Assembly (NCBI GenBank): GCA_965205945.1
Contig: CBDBIB010000003.1
Coordinates: forward strand, 64,001-128,000
DNA from: Bdellovibrionales bacterium
Lineage (GTDB): Bacteria; Bdellovibrionota; Bdellovibrionia; Bdellovibrionales; UBA1609
DNA: 64,000 nucleotides
Direction of reading: 5' to 3'
The notes below the pieces were generated by a model, which did no database searches, was not told the DNA's origin, and worked only from the letters and a program-made list of their open reading frames with translations. This document shows positions 21,119 through 32,639 of this stretch, piece by piece (within the stretch, counting starts at the first letter, position 1; every line of letters begins with the position of its first letter). The position numbers were made by a program, and so were the translations under genes.

Positions 21119-21340
21119 GTGAGTATGATTTTAAAAAAAATATTAATTTTTGGAATTTTAATTTCAAATTTCTCTTTTGCAGAAAATGTAGAACCTCCAT
21201 GTAACCATAGTGATTCTGATAGTGCTGAAAAGATTGCAGTAAAGCAAAGAATCGATAATATGTTTAGAGAATTTGTGCATATAGAGCCAGAATCTTCCCG
21301 AGTGTTGGATGATTCTTCTGAGAGTGGAGCAAAAGACTAA
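21119..21340 (+). CDS. Small secreted acidic/disordered protein
   Basis: Signal peptide ending SFA; mature part is Asp/Ser/Glu-rich. Confidence 0.55.
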   Translation: MSMILKKILIFGILISNFSFAENVEPPCNHSDSDSAEKIAVKQRIDNMFREFVHIEPESSRVLDDSSESGAKD

Positions 21341-21352
21341 GTTATTAGGACT

Positions 21353-21697
21353 TTATTTTTCAAGAGTTTTAAGCTCTTTTATTTTTTTATTCTCAGGTTC
21401 TTTTATAACTTTAGTCATTTCGTTTAAAAAGAGTTCTTTAACGCTGTTTTTAATGTTTTTTAAAATAGAACTATCATAGATTTTTTTTCTAATTTCTTTA
21501 AGATCTTGTGGTGTGATTTTTAAGTATTGGCTTGTAGTGTAAGGGCTTTTTGTTCCTAGAAATTTTGGTGTAGCAGTTAAGCGGAGAAAACTCATAAGTC
21601 TATTTTCTAGAGTCTTTTCCTTAAATTTAAGTTGTAAGAAGCAGACAATAACAATTGTAATAACTGTATTTTTAAAAATAAAATAAAGACTTCCCAT
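21353..21697 (-). CDS. Hypothetical membrane-anchored protein
   Basis: N-terminal TM; translationally coupled to the response regulator. Confidence 0.5.
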   Translation of the reverse strand: MGSLYFIFKNTVITIVIVCFLQLKFKEKTLENRLMSFLRLTATPKFLGTKSPYTTSQYLKITPQDLKEIRKKIYDSSILKNIKNSVKELFLNEMTKVIKEPENKKIKELKTLEK

Positions 21698-22059
21698 TAA
21701 AGAACCTTTTTAATGGCTTTAGTAAGATCATCTAAGGTAAAAGGTTTTTTAACAAATGAGTTGGCCCCAGCATTTAGAAATTGATTTATAACATCTCCGT
21801 GATCAAGAGTGGAGAGGCCGATAATGGGAATATTGCTGTTTAAGGATCTAATTTTTTTTGTAGCTTTTATACCGCTTATTTTTGGCATTACAATATCCAT
21901 AAAGATAAGGTCTGGAGAAAAAGATTTAAAAAAAGAAATGGCTTCTTCACCATTTTCAGCTTCTTTAATTTCACTAATGTCGTTTCGGGTTCCTAAAAAA
22001 TTAATGAGGATTTCTCTAATGAATGGAGCATCGTCTACTATTAATACTTTATAAGACAT
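21697..22059 (-). CDS. CheY-like single-domain response regulator
   Basis: VLIVDD, FMDIVMP and KPF receiver motifs. Confidence 0.9.
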   Translation of the reverse strand: MSYKVLIVDDAPFIREILINFLGTRNDISEIKEAENGEEAISFFKSFSPDLIFMDIVMPKISGIKATKKIRSLNSNIPIIGLSTLDHGDVINQFLNAGANSFVKKPFTLDDLTKAIKKVL

Positions 22060-22095
22060 GTAAAGACTGTAACTTAAAATAAGTAAGCTTGAAAT

Positions 22096-22127
22096 AAAAA
22101 AACCTCGCTTAAATGAGCGAGGTTTTT
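22096..22127 (-). terminator. Rho-independent terminator of groESL
   Basis: AAAAACCTCGCT-TAAATG-AGCGAGGTTTTT hairpin with T tract just downstream of groEL. Confidence 0.85.
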
Positions 22128-22160
22128 AACTTAGACTAAAAACTAGTATGTAGTTTAGGT

Positions 22161-23825
<1,665 letters not shown>

Positions 23826-23839
23826 TCAATATTATTAAA

Positions 23840-24136
23840 TTAGTTACAAATTCCTAGAACATCTTCTTCTCTCATCATCAAATACTCTTTGCCCTCTAGT
23901 TTAAGCTCAGTTCCAGAGTATTTGCCAAATAAAATGGTATCGCCAGTTTTTACTTCCAGTGGAATTCTTTTGCCACCATCGGTTGCTTTACCCTTGCCTG
24001 CTGCAACGATTTCACCTTTTTGAGGTTTTTCCTTTGCTGAATCTGGAATATAGATACCTCCAGTTGTTTTTTCTTCTTCTTTTACTCTCTTAACTAAAAT
24101 TCTGTCGTTAAGAGGGGTAACATTAACATTAAACAT
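23840..24136 (-). CDS. groS: Co-chaperonin GroES
   Basis: [21 protein letters not shown] and FGKYSGTE. Confidence 0.98.
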   Translation of the reverse strand: MFNVNVTPLNDRILVKRVKEEEKTTGGIYIPDSAKEKPQKGEIVAAGKGKATDGGKRIPLEVKTGDTILFGKYSGTELKLEGKEYLMMREEDVLGICN

Positions 24137-24248
24137 ATGTCCTCCTCCTGTTTAATTAGGTTTTGAAATCTTAATATGTAGTTGAGCTTGACAGAGTCAA
24201 GGTTAGTTAAGTTGAATTTATAATTTTACCGTATTGAATAAAATTTGT

Positions 24249-25097
24249 TTAGAGCGGCATACAATGGCTGTTTGCACATTTACTTGGGGGATCCCAAGCT
24301 GAAATATCAAAATATTGGATTTCACCCGAAGAATCTTTAAAAGGAAAACAGCCATTTTTATTTGCGGAGATACTGATGCCATAGAACCAGCGGTGGTTTT
24401 TTACTGAAGATACGGTGTTATGGGTAGAACTAAAATTGGTAAGAAGTTCAATATTACCTTTATTGTCCACCAAAAGGTTTCTAGTATAAAAACGCCATTG
24501 GATATAGGGGTCTTTTAAGAGTTTACCACTGTCATTTCTCAATTTAAGGTTCTCAGCTGTATGGTATAGGCTTTTTAGATGAGGGGTGTTTAGTAAATAA
24601 TTTAGGGGAGATGGGGGCAAGGTGTTAATATTGCTATAATGTTTATTATAATATTCCCTAGGAATTTGGAGGTGACTGTGACCCATATCAGGAAAGAAAA
24701 TATATTTTACATAATTTAAACGAAGGGCACTTTCTATATGAAGAATCACTGATTTTAAAAAGTGTTCAGGGAAAATTACAGATATTTTATCATTTTGACT
24801 TATAAAGCTTTGAGTTTTTGGATGGTAGCCTGCTCGATTAAAAAGACGCTCTGTTTGGTTGTAAACTGTTTTATAAAGAGCATCAATTTCAGGGACTAAA
24901 GCATTAGACTTAAACATATCCATAAAAAAATGGGGCTCATTACTTAGTTTAGGTGTGCAGCGAGTTTTAGCAATTTTTATTTTGTTTTCAAGCGAGAGTT
25001 TATTACTAGTTTTCCCTAGAGATATTTCTGATAAAAAGCTTATTCCAAGTAAAATTGATGCTAGTATTTTAATCTTCATAAAGGGTCTTCCCTCCAA
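24249..25097 (-). CDS. Hypothetical exported protein
   Basis: Long ORF with signal-like N-terminus (start probably MKIKIL); conserved-looking FFPDMGHSH and LYHTAE segments. Confidence 0.6.
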   Translation of the reverse strand: MEGRPFMKIKILASILLGISFLSEISLGKTSNKLSLENKIKIAKTRCTPKLSNEPHFFMDMFKSNALVPEIDALYKTVYNQTERLFNRAGYHPKTQSFISQNDKISVIFPEHFLKSVILHIESALRLNYVKYIFFPDMGHSHLQIPREYYNKHYSNINTLPPSPLNYLLNTPHLKSLYHTAENLKLRNDSGKLLKDPYIQWRFYTRNLLVDNKGNIELLTNFSSTHNTVSSVKNHRWFYGISISANKNGCFPFKDSSGEIQYFDISAWDPPSKCANSHCMPL

Positions 25098-25248
25098 GCC
25101 TTACATATAACATGTATTTCGGATTTTTAGCAAAAAGCAAATTTTTATTAACTCTATAAAAAAATATTATAAATATCTAATGGTGCGCTTTTTGATGCTT
25201 CATTAAAGAAAATAATATAGAATTCGAGGAATAAAAATAGGAATTTAT

Positions 25249-26028
25249 ATGTTTTTTTTCTTTTTAGTAATACTTGGCTTAAATGGTTTTGCTTGCGTGC
25301 ATAAAAGCTCAAGAAAACCTGCTAGTACTAGTCTAGCAACGGGAGGAGACCTGGTCTTTACGTCGGGGGAAGAAAATCTTAGTTTTCAAGGGGAACCAAA
25401 CATTACAGGGAATCCAGACTTAGTAGAACCATATCCTCCTAGGGGAGCAGCGTTTACTAAAAGTCTTACTCACTCTAGAAATCTTACTAATGAAAATTTT
25501 TTAAATTTTAGTTTGATTCAAAAAGCCAACCATATTCATGATATTGCATCAATTATAATTGAGACTCATAACTTTGATTATAGTCCTCGAATAATAACGT
25601 GTAAAATTTATAAAGAATCAACTTTTAATCCACAAATTGAGGCAAAGCATACTTCAGCAAAAGGAATATCACAGGTTACAGATGGCACAGTAGGGGCTGT
25701 TTTTTCTCAAAAAACTCGAATAGGATTTGAATTTAAAACACCAGGATTTCAAAATATTAAAGAAAAATCTGAATTTATAAAGCGTATGGCAGGATCGATG
25801 AATGCTCAAATTGAGTTAGGTATTGCTGTTTTAAAGCTTAAGAGCGTTGAGTCAGGCTCTTTAAGAATTAAAACTCTTTTAAGAAGGTATTATGGACACA
25901 AAAAACAAATCTGTAATAAAGATTATGCAAATAGGATTTTTGATTGTGCACTTTGTATTAAGAGGTTAAAGGGAATTTCAAAAAAATGTTTAAAGAAGGC
26001 GGGGGGAGCAAAGAATGGTTGTGGTTAA
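25249..26028 (+). CDS. Putative lipoprotein with SLT/lytic transglycosylase-like domain
   Basis: Lipobox-like GFA-C; ES...SAKGISQV matches the SLT ES...A-G-(L/M)-Q motif, followed by RYYG...YA. Confidence 0.6.
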   Translation: MFFFFLVILGLNGFACVHKSSRKPASTSLATGGDLVFTSGEENLSFQGEPNITGNPDLVEPYPPRGAAFTKSLTHSRNLTNENFLNFSLIQKANHIHDIASIIIETHNFDYSPRIITCKIYKESTFNPQIEAKHTSAKGISQVTDGTVGAVFSQKTRIGFEFKTPGFQNIKEKSEFIKRMAGSMNAQIELGIAVLKLKSVESGSLRIKTLLRRYYGHKKQICNKDYANRIFDCALCIKRLKGISKKCLKKAGGAKNGCG

Positions 26029-26440
26029 AATTATCGTAGTAGCTTTAGTGTTCATGGCAGTAACAAATGTTTTTGCTTGGAGTATGCGTAGTGAGTATGA
26101 ACCGGTGCCGGGGAAAACTATAAAAAGAACAGTTTTGAAATTTTGGGGTGATGGTGTACAAAGCGAATATAGATCTGTTAATGCACCGTATTTAATGAGC
26201 GCAAGAAAGCAGTTAAAATTACAATCTAGGCAGAATGTTTTTATAACGGTTTGGGGCTTAGGGGCTCAATCAGTGATGTATAGGGTTTTTAACCCTTCTA
26301 TAAAGAGAGAAAAACCTATTTGTGAGCTGTGGTCAGCTTCTGACAAGTTTAAACACCGAATTAAAGAGGGTAAACTTCAGATTAAGGTTCTTAAAAGCTC
26401 AAAGCCAAAGCCTATGTGGAAGTGGGAAAGTTGTAGTTAG
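26015..26440 (+). CDS. Hypothetical secreted protein
   Basis: Signal peptide ending VFA; overlaps the upstream gene. Confidence 0.55.
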   Translation: MVVVKIIVVALVFMAVTNVFAWSMRSEYEPVPGKTIKRTVLKFWGDGVQSEYRSVNAPYLMSARKQLKLQSRQNVFITVWGLGAQSVMYRVFNPSIKREKPICELWSASDKFKHRIKEGKLQIKVLKSSKPKPMWKWESCS

Positions 26441-26496
26441 GCAAAAAGGTTAAATGTTATTGGATAGGCTTAGTGTTAAAAAGGATCAGTAAAAAA

Positions 26497-26572
26497 TGGC
26501 TCAGGTGGAGAGACTCGAACTCCCGACAAAGTGATTAACAGTCACCTACTCTACCGACTGAGTTACACCTGA
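26497..26572 (-). tRNA. tRNA-Asn(GTT)
   Basis: Minus strand reads TCAGGTG...CTGTTAA anticodon loop...GTTCGAG...CACCTGAGCCA. Confidence 0.95.
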
Positions 26573-26697
26573 ACAAAGAAAATAATCTAATCTGTATTAA
26601 AAGTTTTTGTCAATGTGAGATTGAGGGAAAAACTTGTCTTTTTAGTTTTGTAGTCGAAGAGGAGCTTTTTTTAAGTATAATTTTAAAAAAGAGGTTC

Positions 26698-26895
26698 TTA
26701 ATTAGAGGACCTTGTAGCTGGGATGATAAACTGTGGTTGTTTTTTAGAGGCGTTTTTTTTAATTAATTGATACTTATAATAGCTTAGACCGGCAAAAGAC
26801 ATACATAGTAGTATAATTTTGATGATCCAGGGACTCTTTGCAAAATGCCGCGCTTGTAAGAGATGGTGAAATTCTTTGGGTTTTGGTTTAGCCAT
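26698..26895 (-). CDS. Small hypothetical membrane protein
   Basis: 65 aa with one TM segment. Confidence 0.35.
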   Translation of the reverse strand: MAKPKPKEFHHLLQARHFAKSPWIIKIILLCMSFAGLSYYKYQLIKKNASKKQPQFIIPATRSSN

Positions 26896-27192
26896 ATGTT
26901 TATTGAAAGCTATTTTTTGCGTACATACAAGAATAAGGTTTTAAGTTTTAAGGCTCTCTTTTTTTGCATGAAGTATAAAAGGTTATGAAGTTTTTAAAAG
27001 GCTTAATTCTTAGATTTAATCATTAATATTCATTAAAGGTATTTATTTAATCTGACAAAAGTATGAGAATTTATTTAGTTTAAAGTATTAAACTTAAAGG
27101 TTTAGTTTTTTAAAACCGGACTTTAGGCTGTATATACAATATGAATTAGTTAGAGCATTGACTGTAGTTTGTTATTTGTAAGGCTTACTGTG

Positions 27193-27897
27193 ATGAGGTG
27201 GTATGGTGTAGTAAGTCTTTTTTATATTTTGGTAATGGGTTTGTTTTATCAAGGTTATGTAGAGAAAAAGCAGTTTAATTACCCATCAAAAACTTTCTTT
27301 CAAATTTACGGTCTAGATGTTTCCCACCATCAGGGTAAAATCAATTGGGATGAGGTTGGCAAGACAGATTTTAAATTCGTATATATTAAGGCAACGGAGG
27401 GAGAATCTTTTAAAGACCCTAATTTTTTAAAAAACTATAGAAAAGCAAAAAAGCAAAAAATGATTGTAGGGGGTTATCATTTTTGGACTTTTTGTAAAAC
27501 TGCTCAAGAGCAAATCAAGAATATACAAGCGGTGATTCCATATTCTGCAGGAGACTTAATTCTTGCCATTGATATGGAGTCAGTTTACTCCTGTGGGAAG
27601 AAGAAAAGTCATGATAGAGTTACTCGAGATTTAGAAAAAATCAATGAAAGGCTTTTTAAAATTTATGGTGTTTATCCAGTGATTTATACAACTGGTGAAT
27701 TTGTAAAGGTTCACCCTGAAATTTTAAAATTTCCAAATATATTTTGGCAACGCTCTTTATTTGGACCACCGTTATATAAAAGAAAATGGGGTATTTGGCA
27801 GTATTATAATAGAGCTAAAGTTAAAGGAATTAAGGGAGGGGTTGATGTGAATGTTTTTAATAGTAAATTGCTTTTTAGTAAAATTATTCAAAAGTAA
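27193..27897 (+). CDS. GH25 muramidase (lysozyme)
   Basis: GLDVSHHQG, IKATEG, GGYHF, IDME, WQY and VDVN motifs; N-terminal anchor. Confidence 0.92.
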   Translation: MRWYGVVSLFYILVMGLFYQGYVEKKQFNYPSKTFFQIYGLDVSHHQGKINWDEVGKTDFKFVYIKATEGESFKDPNFLKNYRKAKKQKMIVGGYHFWTFCKTAQEQIKNIQAVIPYSAGDLILAIDMESVYSCGKKKSHDRVTRDLEKINERLFKIYGVYPVIYTTGEFVKVHPEILKFPNIFWQRSLFGPPLYKRKWGIWQYYNRAKVKGIKGGVDVNVFNSKLLFSKIIQK

Positions 27898-28126
27898 ATA
27901 TTATAGTTTGTTAGGAATTAACTGCTGTTATAGCTTAACAAATGTTATCTATGTAAATTAGAATTTAGTGTTAAAGAAAAAAATATCTAAAGGGGTTATT
28001 TTCTTGTGTTTGCTTTTTAGTGGTTCATAGTAAAAACCTTATTAAGATAAAGTGGTCACTATTTTTCGAGGATTTTAAGTTTATCAATTTTTGAGTATTT
28101 AACGTTATTAATGAATTTTAAAATAA

Positions 28127-28218
28127 TGGCGGAGGAGGGGGGATTCGAACCCCCGGTACGATGTTACTCGCACGACAGATTAGCAATCTGCTGGTTTCAG
28201 CCACTCACCCACTCCTCC
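28127..28218 (-). tRNA. tRNA-Ser(GCT)
   Basis: Minus strand reads GGAGGAG...TTGCTAA anticodon loop, long variable arm, GTTCGAATCC...CTCCTCCGCCA. Confidence 0.95.
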
Positions 28219-28287
28219 ACAAAGTGGTAGTCTAGTTAATTAAAGACAAAATTTTGCCATTAAATCAAAGGGCAATCAATCCACTTA

Positions 28288-28866
28288 TTAATAATTTTCA
28301 GGGAAGAGCTTTCTTTCAATGGTTTCAATTACTGTATGAATGATTTTTATGTGCATTTCCTGAACACGACCCGAATCATCTGCTGGCACCACGATAGGAA
28401 CATCCACCATATCTTTAAGTTTTCCACCTGTTTTACCAAGTAAGCCTATGGTTTTCATGCCAATTCTTTGCGCTGTTGTAACAGCCTTTATAACATTTAC
28501 TGAATTTCCACTTGTAGATAGCGCTACAAGAATGTCTTCAGACCTTCCTAAAGCTTTAACTTGTCTTGAAAAAATATACTCAAAGCCGTAGTCATTTGAT
28601 GTACAAGTGACATGAGAAGCGTCACCAAGAGCTAAAGCACCTAAGGGGCGTCTTTTTTTTAAAAACTGGCCTGTTAGTTCTTCAGCAAAATGCATAGCAT
28701 CGCAATGACTTCCACCATTTCCACAAGATAAGGCTTTTCCATTGTTTTTATAGCATTCTAAAAGTATATCAGAAAAGTGCTCGCACTGTTTTATAAGTTC
28801 ATCACAACTTATAAAGTCTTTAATTATAGACTGGGCTTTTAATAGATTATTTTTCCAAATATTCAT
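28288..28866 (-). CDS. gmhA: Phosphoheptose isomerase
   Basis: CGNGGSHCDAMHFAEEL, STSGNS and RVQEMHI. Confidence 0.95.
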   Translation of the reverse strand: MNIWKNNLLKAQSIIKDFISCDELIKQCEHFSDILLECYKNNGKALSCGNGGSHCDAMHFAEELTGQFLKKRRPLGALALGDASHVTCTSNDYGFEYIFSRQVKALGRSEDILVALSTSGNSVNVIKAVTTAQRIGMKTIGLLGKTGGKLKDMVDVPIVVPADDSGRVQEMHIKIIHTVIETIERKLFPENY

Positions 28867-28936
28867 TCTATGTAACTATTGCAGCAGGTTTTATTGATTT
28901 TCAACCATTTTATGATAGTGATATTTTTAATTTTGC

Positions 28937-29013
28937 GCGCTCGTAGCTCAGCTGGATAGAGTACCTGACTACGAATCAGGTGGTCGGAGGTTCGACTCCT
29001 TCCGGGCGCGCCA
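28937..29013 (+). tRNA. tRNA-Arg(ACG)
   Basis: GCGCTCGTAGCTCAGCTGGATAGAG...CTACGAA...GGTTCGACTCC...CGGGCGCGCCA. Confidence 0.95.
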
Positions 29014-29049
29014 TTTTAATTTATAAACTATGTTTTAGGATGGACACAA

Positions 29050-29802
29050 TTATTTTAATTTGAGTTGACTCCAGAAGCTTTTATGCCAGTTTAAATTTTT
29101 TATCCCAACTGTTTGAACATCTTTGCTCTCATTAAAGCTGTTAAAGAGCTTGTCCCATAAAATAATAGAGAATCCAAAGTTAGAAAGGGCAAGTTTTGAA
29201 TCTGTACTATGGTGAATTCTATGTAATTTAGGAGTAAATAAAAATTTTTCAATGACCTTATTGATATCCTCTTTAAGTTTGATATTTGAGTGATTAAACA
29301 AAGAGCAGGAACTTAAAAAAACTTCAAACCATATAAAGTTTCTTAATGAAACACCTAGTAAGATAATTATAAAGCCTTTCCATAAAGCTGAAATAAATAT
29401 TTCTAAAAAATGAAACCGTACAGCGGTTGATACTGTCATTGCGTTATCTGAATGGTGCACTTTATGAATTTTCCAAAACCAGGGCCATTTATGAGAAGCA
29501 CTATGCTGGATGTATAGGGCTAAATCAAAAACAATAAAGGTTATAATTAGGTTTAACCAATTAGGCGTATTTATTTGATAGAAAAGTCCCCATTTTAAAA
29601 AATTAGAAAGTTCAAAAAAGTTTTTACCTGTTATATAAAAAAACATGAAAAGAAAAATTTGGGATATAAAAACATGAAAGAAATTATGAAAAAATCTTTT
29701 AAAGGTTTCGATATTATCTTTTTTTAATGGTCTCCACTTTTGAAGAAGAAGAAAGGTTATTAGAAAAAAAATGAATATTAATATTCTATAAAGATTATCC
29801 AT
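29050..29802 (-). CDS. Sterol desaturase/fatty acid hydroxylase family protein
   Basis: His boxes HSASH, HKVHH and HRIHH; WDKLF. Confidence 0.9.
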   Translation of the reverse strand: MDNLYRILIFIFFLITFLLLQKWRPLKKDNIETFKRFFHNFFHVFISQIFLFMFFYITGKNFFELSNFLKWGLFYQINTPNWLNLIITFIVFDLALYIQHSASHKWPWFWKIHKVHHSDNAMTVSTAVRFHFLEIFISALWKGFIIILLGVSLRNFIWFEVFLSSCSLFNHSNIKLKEDINKVIEKFLFTPKLHRIHHSTDSKLALSNFGFSIILWDKLFNSFNESKDVQTVGIKNLNWHKSFWSQLKLK

Positions 29803-29854
29803 GGCGATATTGTAACAGTTTAAAAGATGTTTAAGCTAGCCGTTTTTATTAAAA

Positions 29855-31438
29855 TCACCCTAGAGCAGATATTGAAAATTTAAGCTTTGGATTGTCTCGC
29901 TCTAGCCAGTTTAAATCCCATTCTGATTGAAGTAGTATAACGGGAAGCTCATAATTATCTAAAAAGACCCTGTCTATACCCTTAGGGCAGTCATAGAAAG
30001 GTTTTTCAGTTTCTTTATCAAAGACCCACCTAGCTATTTTAAAATCAAGTCTTTCAAGTCTAGAATTTATATTATACTCGTCTTTAAGCCTACGTAAAAG
30101 AACTTCAAACTGAAGCTCTCCAATAACACCAAGAATAGAGTCTTGCTTTCCGATATTAGGATCGAAAAAGAATTGAATCAGACCTTCTTCTACTAAATGC
30201 TGTAAAGCTTCATTCATTTTCTTACGTTTTAAAGGATCTTTTATACTCACTCGGCCAAAGAGTTCAGGAGCAAAGCGAGGAATAGGCTCAAACTCTATCT
30301 TTTTTTTCAATGTAATTGTATCGCCTATTTGAAAGTTTCCAGTATCGCTAACTCCTATAATGTCTCCAGAAAATGCTTGATCAATGGTCTCTCGATCTCC
30401 AGCAATAAATTGATTTGCATAAGAAAGTCTTAGATCTCTTTTTAGCCGTTGATGAGTTACTTTCATTCCTCTTTTAAAAACACCACTACAAATTCTTATA
30501 AAAGCCACACGATCTCTATGATTTTTATCCATATTAGCTTGAATTTTAAAGACAAAACCTGAGAAGTCTTTTTCTTTAGAATCTAACTCTCCAATTGAAG
30601 TTTTACGTGGGCGAGGTGATGGTGCATATTTACAAAAAAGATTTAAAAAAAGATCAACACCCCAATTGTTTTTTGCAGAGCCAAAAATCATGGGACTCAC
30701 TTCACCCCTTAAAAACTCTTTTGGATCAAACAATCCTAAAGTTCCGTCTAAAAGTTCAATGGACTCTATATATGTATTATAAACTTCACTGTCGTTTATA
30801 CGTTCTTTAATTAAAGGATCATTAAAATCACTAACATTTACAATTTCAGGTTCAATTCTACCACGAGTAAAAAAGTACACTTTCTTTTTTTCTCGATGAT
30901 ATAAGCCTTTAAATCTATTTCCAATACCTATGGGCCAGGTAATAGGGAAGCACTTCATTTCTAAAGTCTTTTCAACATCATCAATAAGATCTAAAGGATC
31001 TTTACCTTCTCTATCCATTTTATTAGCAAAAGTAAAAATAGGCATTTTTTTAAGTTTACATACTTCATAAAGTTTTCTTGTTTGAGTTTCTACTCCCTTT
31101 GCTGCATCTATAAGCATAACAGCAGAGTCTGCTGCAATTAAAGTTCTGTATGTGTCTTCAGAGAAATCTTTGTGCCCTGGAGTATCTAAAAGATTAATCC
31201 TTAAGCCCATATGATCAAAACTCATTACTGAAGATGTTATAGAAACCCCTCTTTCTCGCTCCATAGCCATCCAATCAGAAGTCACAGCTTTTGATCCTTT
31301 TTTACCTTTAACTTCACCAGTTGAGCGAATCACGCCACTAGCATAGAGAATTTTTTCTGTTATAGTGGTTTTACCAGCGTCTGGATGAGAAATAATTGCA
31401 AATGTTTTACGTCGATTGACCTCTTCTATAAAGCTCAT
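29855..31438 (-). CDS. prfC: Peptide chain release factor 3
   Basis: FAIISHPDAGKTT, DTPGHKDFSEDTYRTL and FKIQANMD. Confidence 0.98.
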   Translation of the reverse strand: MSFIEEVNRRKTFAIISHPDAGKTTITEKILYASGVIRSTGEVKGKKGSKAVTSDWMAMERERGVSITSSVMSFDHMGLRINLLDTPGHKDFSEDTYRTLIAADSAVMLIDAAKGVETQTRKLYEVCKLKKMPIFTFANKMDREGKDPLDLIDDVEKTLEMKCFPITWPIGIGNRFKGLYHREKKKVYFFTRGRIEPEIVNVSDFNDPLIKERINDSEVYNTYIESIELLDGTLGLFDPKEFLRGEVSPMIFGSAKNNWGVDLFLNLFCKYAPSPRPRKTSIGELDSKEKDFSGFVFKIQANMDKNHRDRVAFIRICSGVFKRGMKVTHQRLKRDLRLSYANQFIAGDRETIDQAFSGDIIGVSDTGNFQIGDTITLKKKIEFEPIPRFAPELFGRVSIKDPLKRKKMNEALQHLVEEGLIQFFFDPNIGKQDSILGVIGELQFEVLLRRLKDEYNINSRLERLDFKIARWVFDKETEKPFYDCPKGIDRVFLDNYELPVILLQSEWDLNWLERDNPKLKFSISALG

Positions 31439-31464
31439 ACTTTACGTGTAGCATATTCTATGTT

Positions 31465-31719
31465 ATGAATACAAAAGTTATGGCGGATAAAACTGATAAA
31501 TATGATGAAAATGTGGAAGGTAAATTCTATGTTGACCGTTCATGTATTGCTTGTGATGCCTGCGTAACAACAGCGCCGAATAATTTTGGAATGGATGAAG
31601 AAGATGGCCACTCTTTTTTAATAAAACAGCCTACAGATGAAGAAGAAATTGAAATGTGCGAAGAAGCAATGGAAGGCTGTCCTGTTGAAGCTATTGGTGA
31701 TGATGGAAGTAATGATTAA
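31465..31719 (+). CDS. Ferredoxin (single 4Fe-4S)
   Basis: CIACDAC...CPVEAI; acidic. Confidence 0.9.
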   Translation: MNTKVMADKTDKYDENVEGKFYVDRSCIACDACVTTAPNNFGMDEEDGHSFLIKQPTDEEEIEMCEEAMEGCPVEAIGDDGSND

Positions 31720-31778
31720 ATGCTTTGTTTAAAAAAAACAAAGCATCTAGATCCTTTATTTAAGAAATATGGGTGTTA

Positions 31779-32411
31779 TTATACTTTTCTTAGTGAGTAG
31801 TACTCTGTGAATAAACCTGATTGAAAAGGGAATGGAATTGCTTCAACTCCTGGTACACTAATAACTTTTCCAATTTCAGTATTTTCCTTAGTTTCTTTTA
31901 TAAGATATGCGGGAACTTCCATTCTTGGACTGTCTTTAGCATGCAAGTAAGCTTGATGTTGTAAAGATTTAGCTCTAATTGAAATTTCATCTCCAACATT
32001 TAAAACAGCTGATGAGATATCATGTTTTTTGCCATTTAAAACGATATGTCCATGTGAGATTAGTTGTTTGGCAGCAGGAATACTTGGAGCAAATCCAAGC
32101 CTAAAAACAACATTATCTAAACGAAGCTCTAAGCGTCCAGCTAGTTTGTTTACCCAATTTGAAGAAGTGCCACTTTTAGAGTCTCTAATAAAACGTCTAA
32201 GTTGTTTTTCACGTAGGCAGTAGTTTTTCATAACTTTTTGTTTTTCTTCTAATTGAAGCCCATAGTTTGAGTATTTTCTTCTTTTTGCCCCGTGCTCACC
32301 TGGTGGATAAGGTTTTCTTTCTAAAGCACCGGCTTTGCTTAAGCCAGGTAGTTCGGAACCTAATCTGCGTTGAGTCTTAAAACGTGGCGTAGCTCTTTTT
32401 TTTGCAGCCAT
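31779..32411 (-). CDS. rpsD: 30S ribosomal protein S4
   Basis: YPPGEHG, YGLQLEEKQK and LELRLDNVVFRLGFA. Confidence 0.96.
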   Translation of the reverse strand: MAAKKRATPRFKTQRRLGSELPGLSKAGALERKPYPPGEHGAKRRKYSNYGLQLEEKQKVMKNYCLREKQLRRFIRDSKSGTSSNWVNKLAGRLELRLDNVVFRLGFAPSIPAAKQLISHGHIVLNGKKHDISSAVLNVGDEISIRAKSLQHQAYLHAKDSPRMEVPAYLIKETKENTEIGKVISVPGVEAIPFPFQSGLFTEYYSLRKV

Positions 32412-32590
32412 TTTGTATCCTTCCATAGGGTCAGTTAAGACCGGAATTAAGTTTTAAAATTCCTGGGAAATTACCAGAAGCGGTGGTTAAACCACTGATA
32501 AAGTAAAGGGTCAAGAAAGATAATGGGCACAGAAAAGGTTTTTCTTGTTCTCTAACATACAGCGTGTTAAGTCTTTTTGTTCTTAATTGA

Positions 32591-32632
32591 CTTCTTGCTG
32601 GGATATGAGTTCTGGCCAATGACCAAAAGGAG
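32591..32632 (+). promoter_or_regulatory. Candidate S6:S18-type ribosomal protein leader
   Basis: CTTCTTG can pair with the SD region AAAGGAG of rpsF, with CCA triplets in between. Confidence 0.35.
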
Positions 32633-32639
32633 ACCTGAA

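Noticed and set aside
26497..29013. Prophage or integrative island at the tRNA genes
   Set aside because: No integrase, no duplicated tRNA 3' end noticed, and no phage structural genes; GH25 alone is insufficient.
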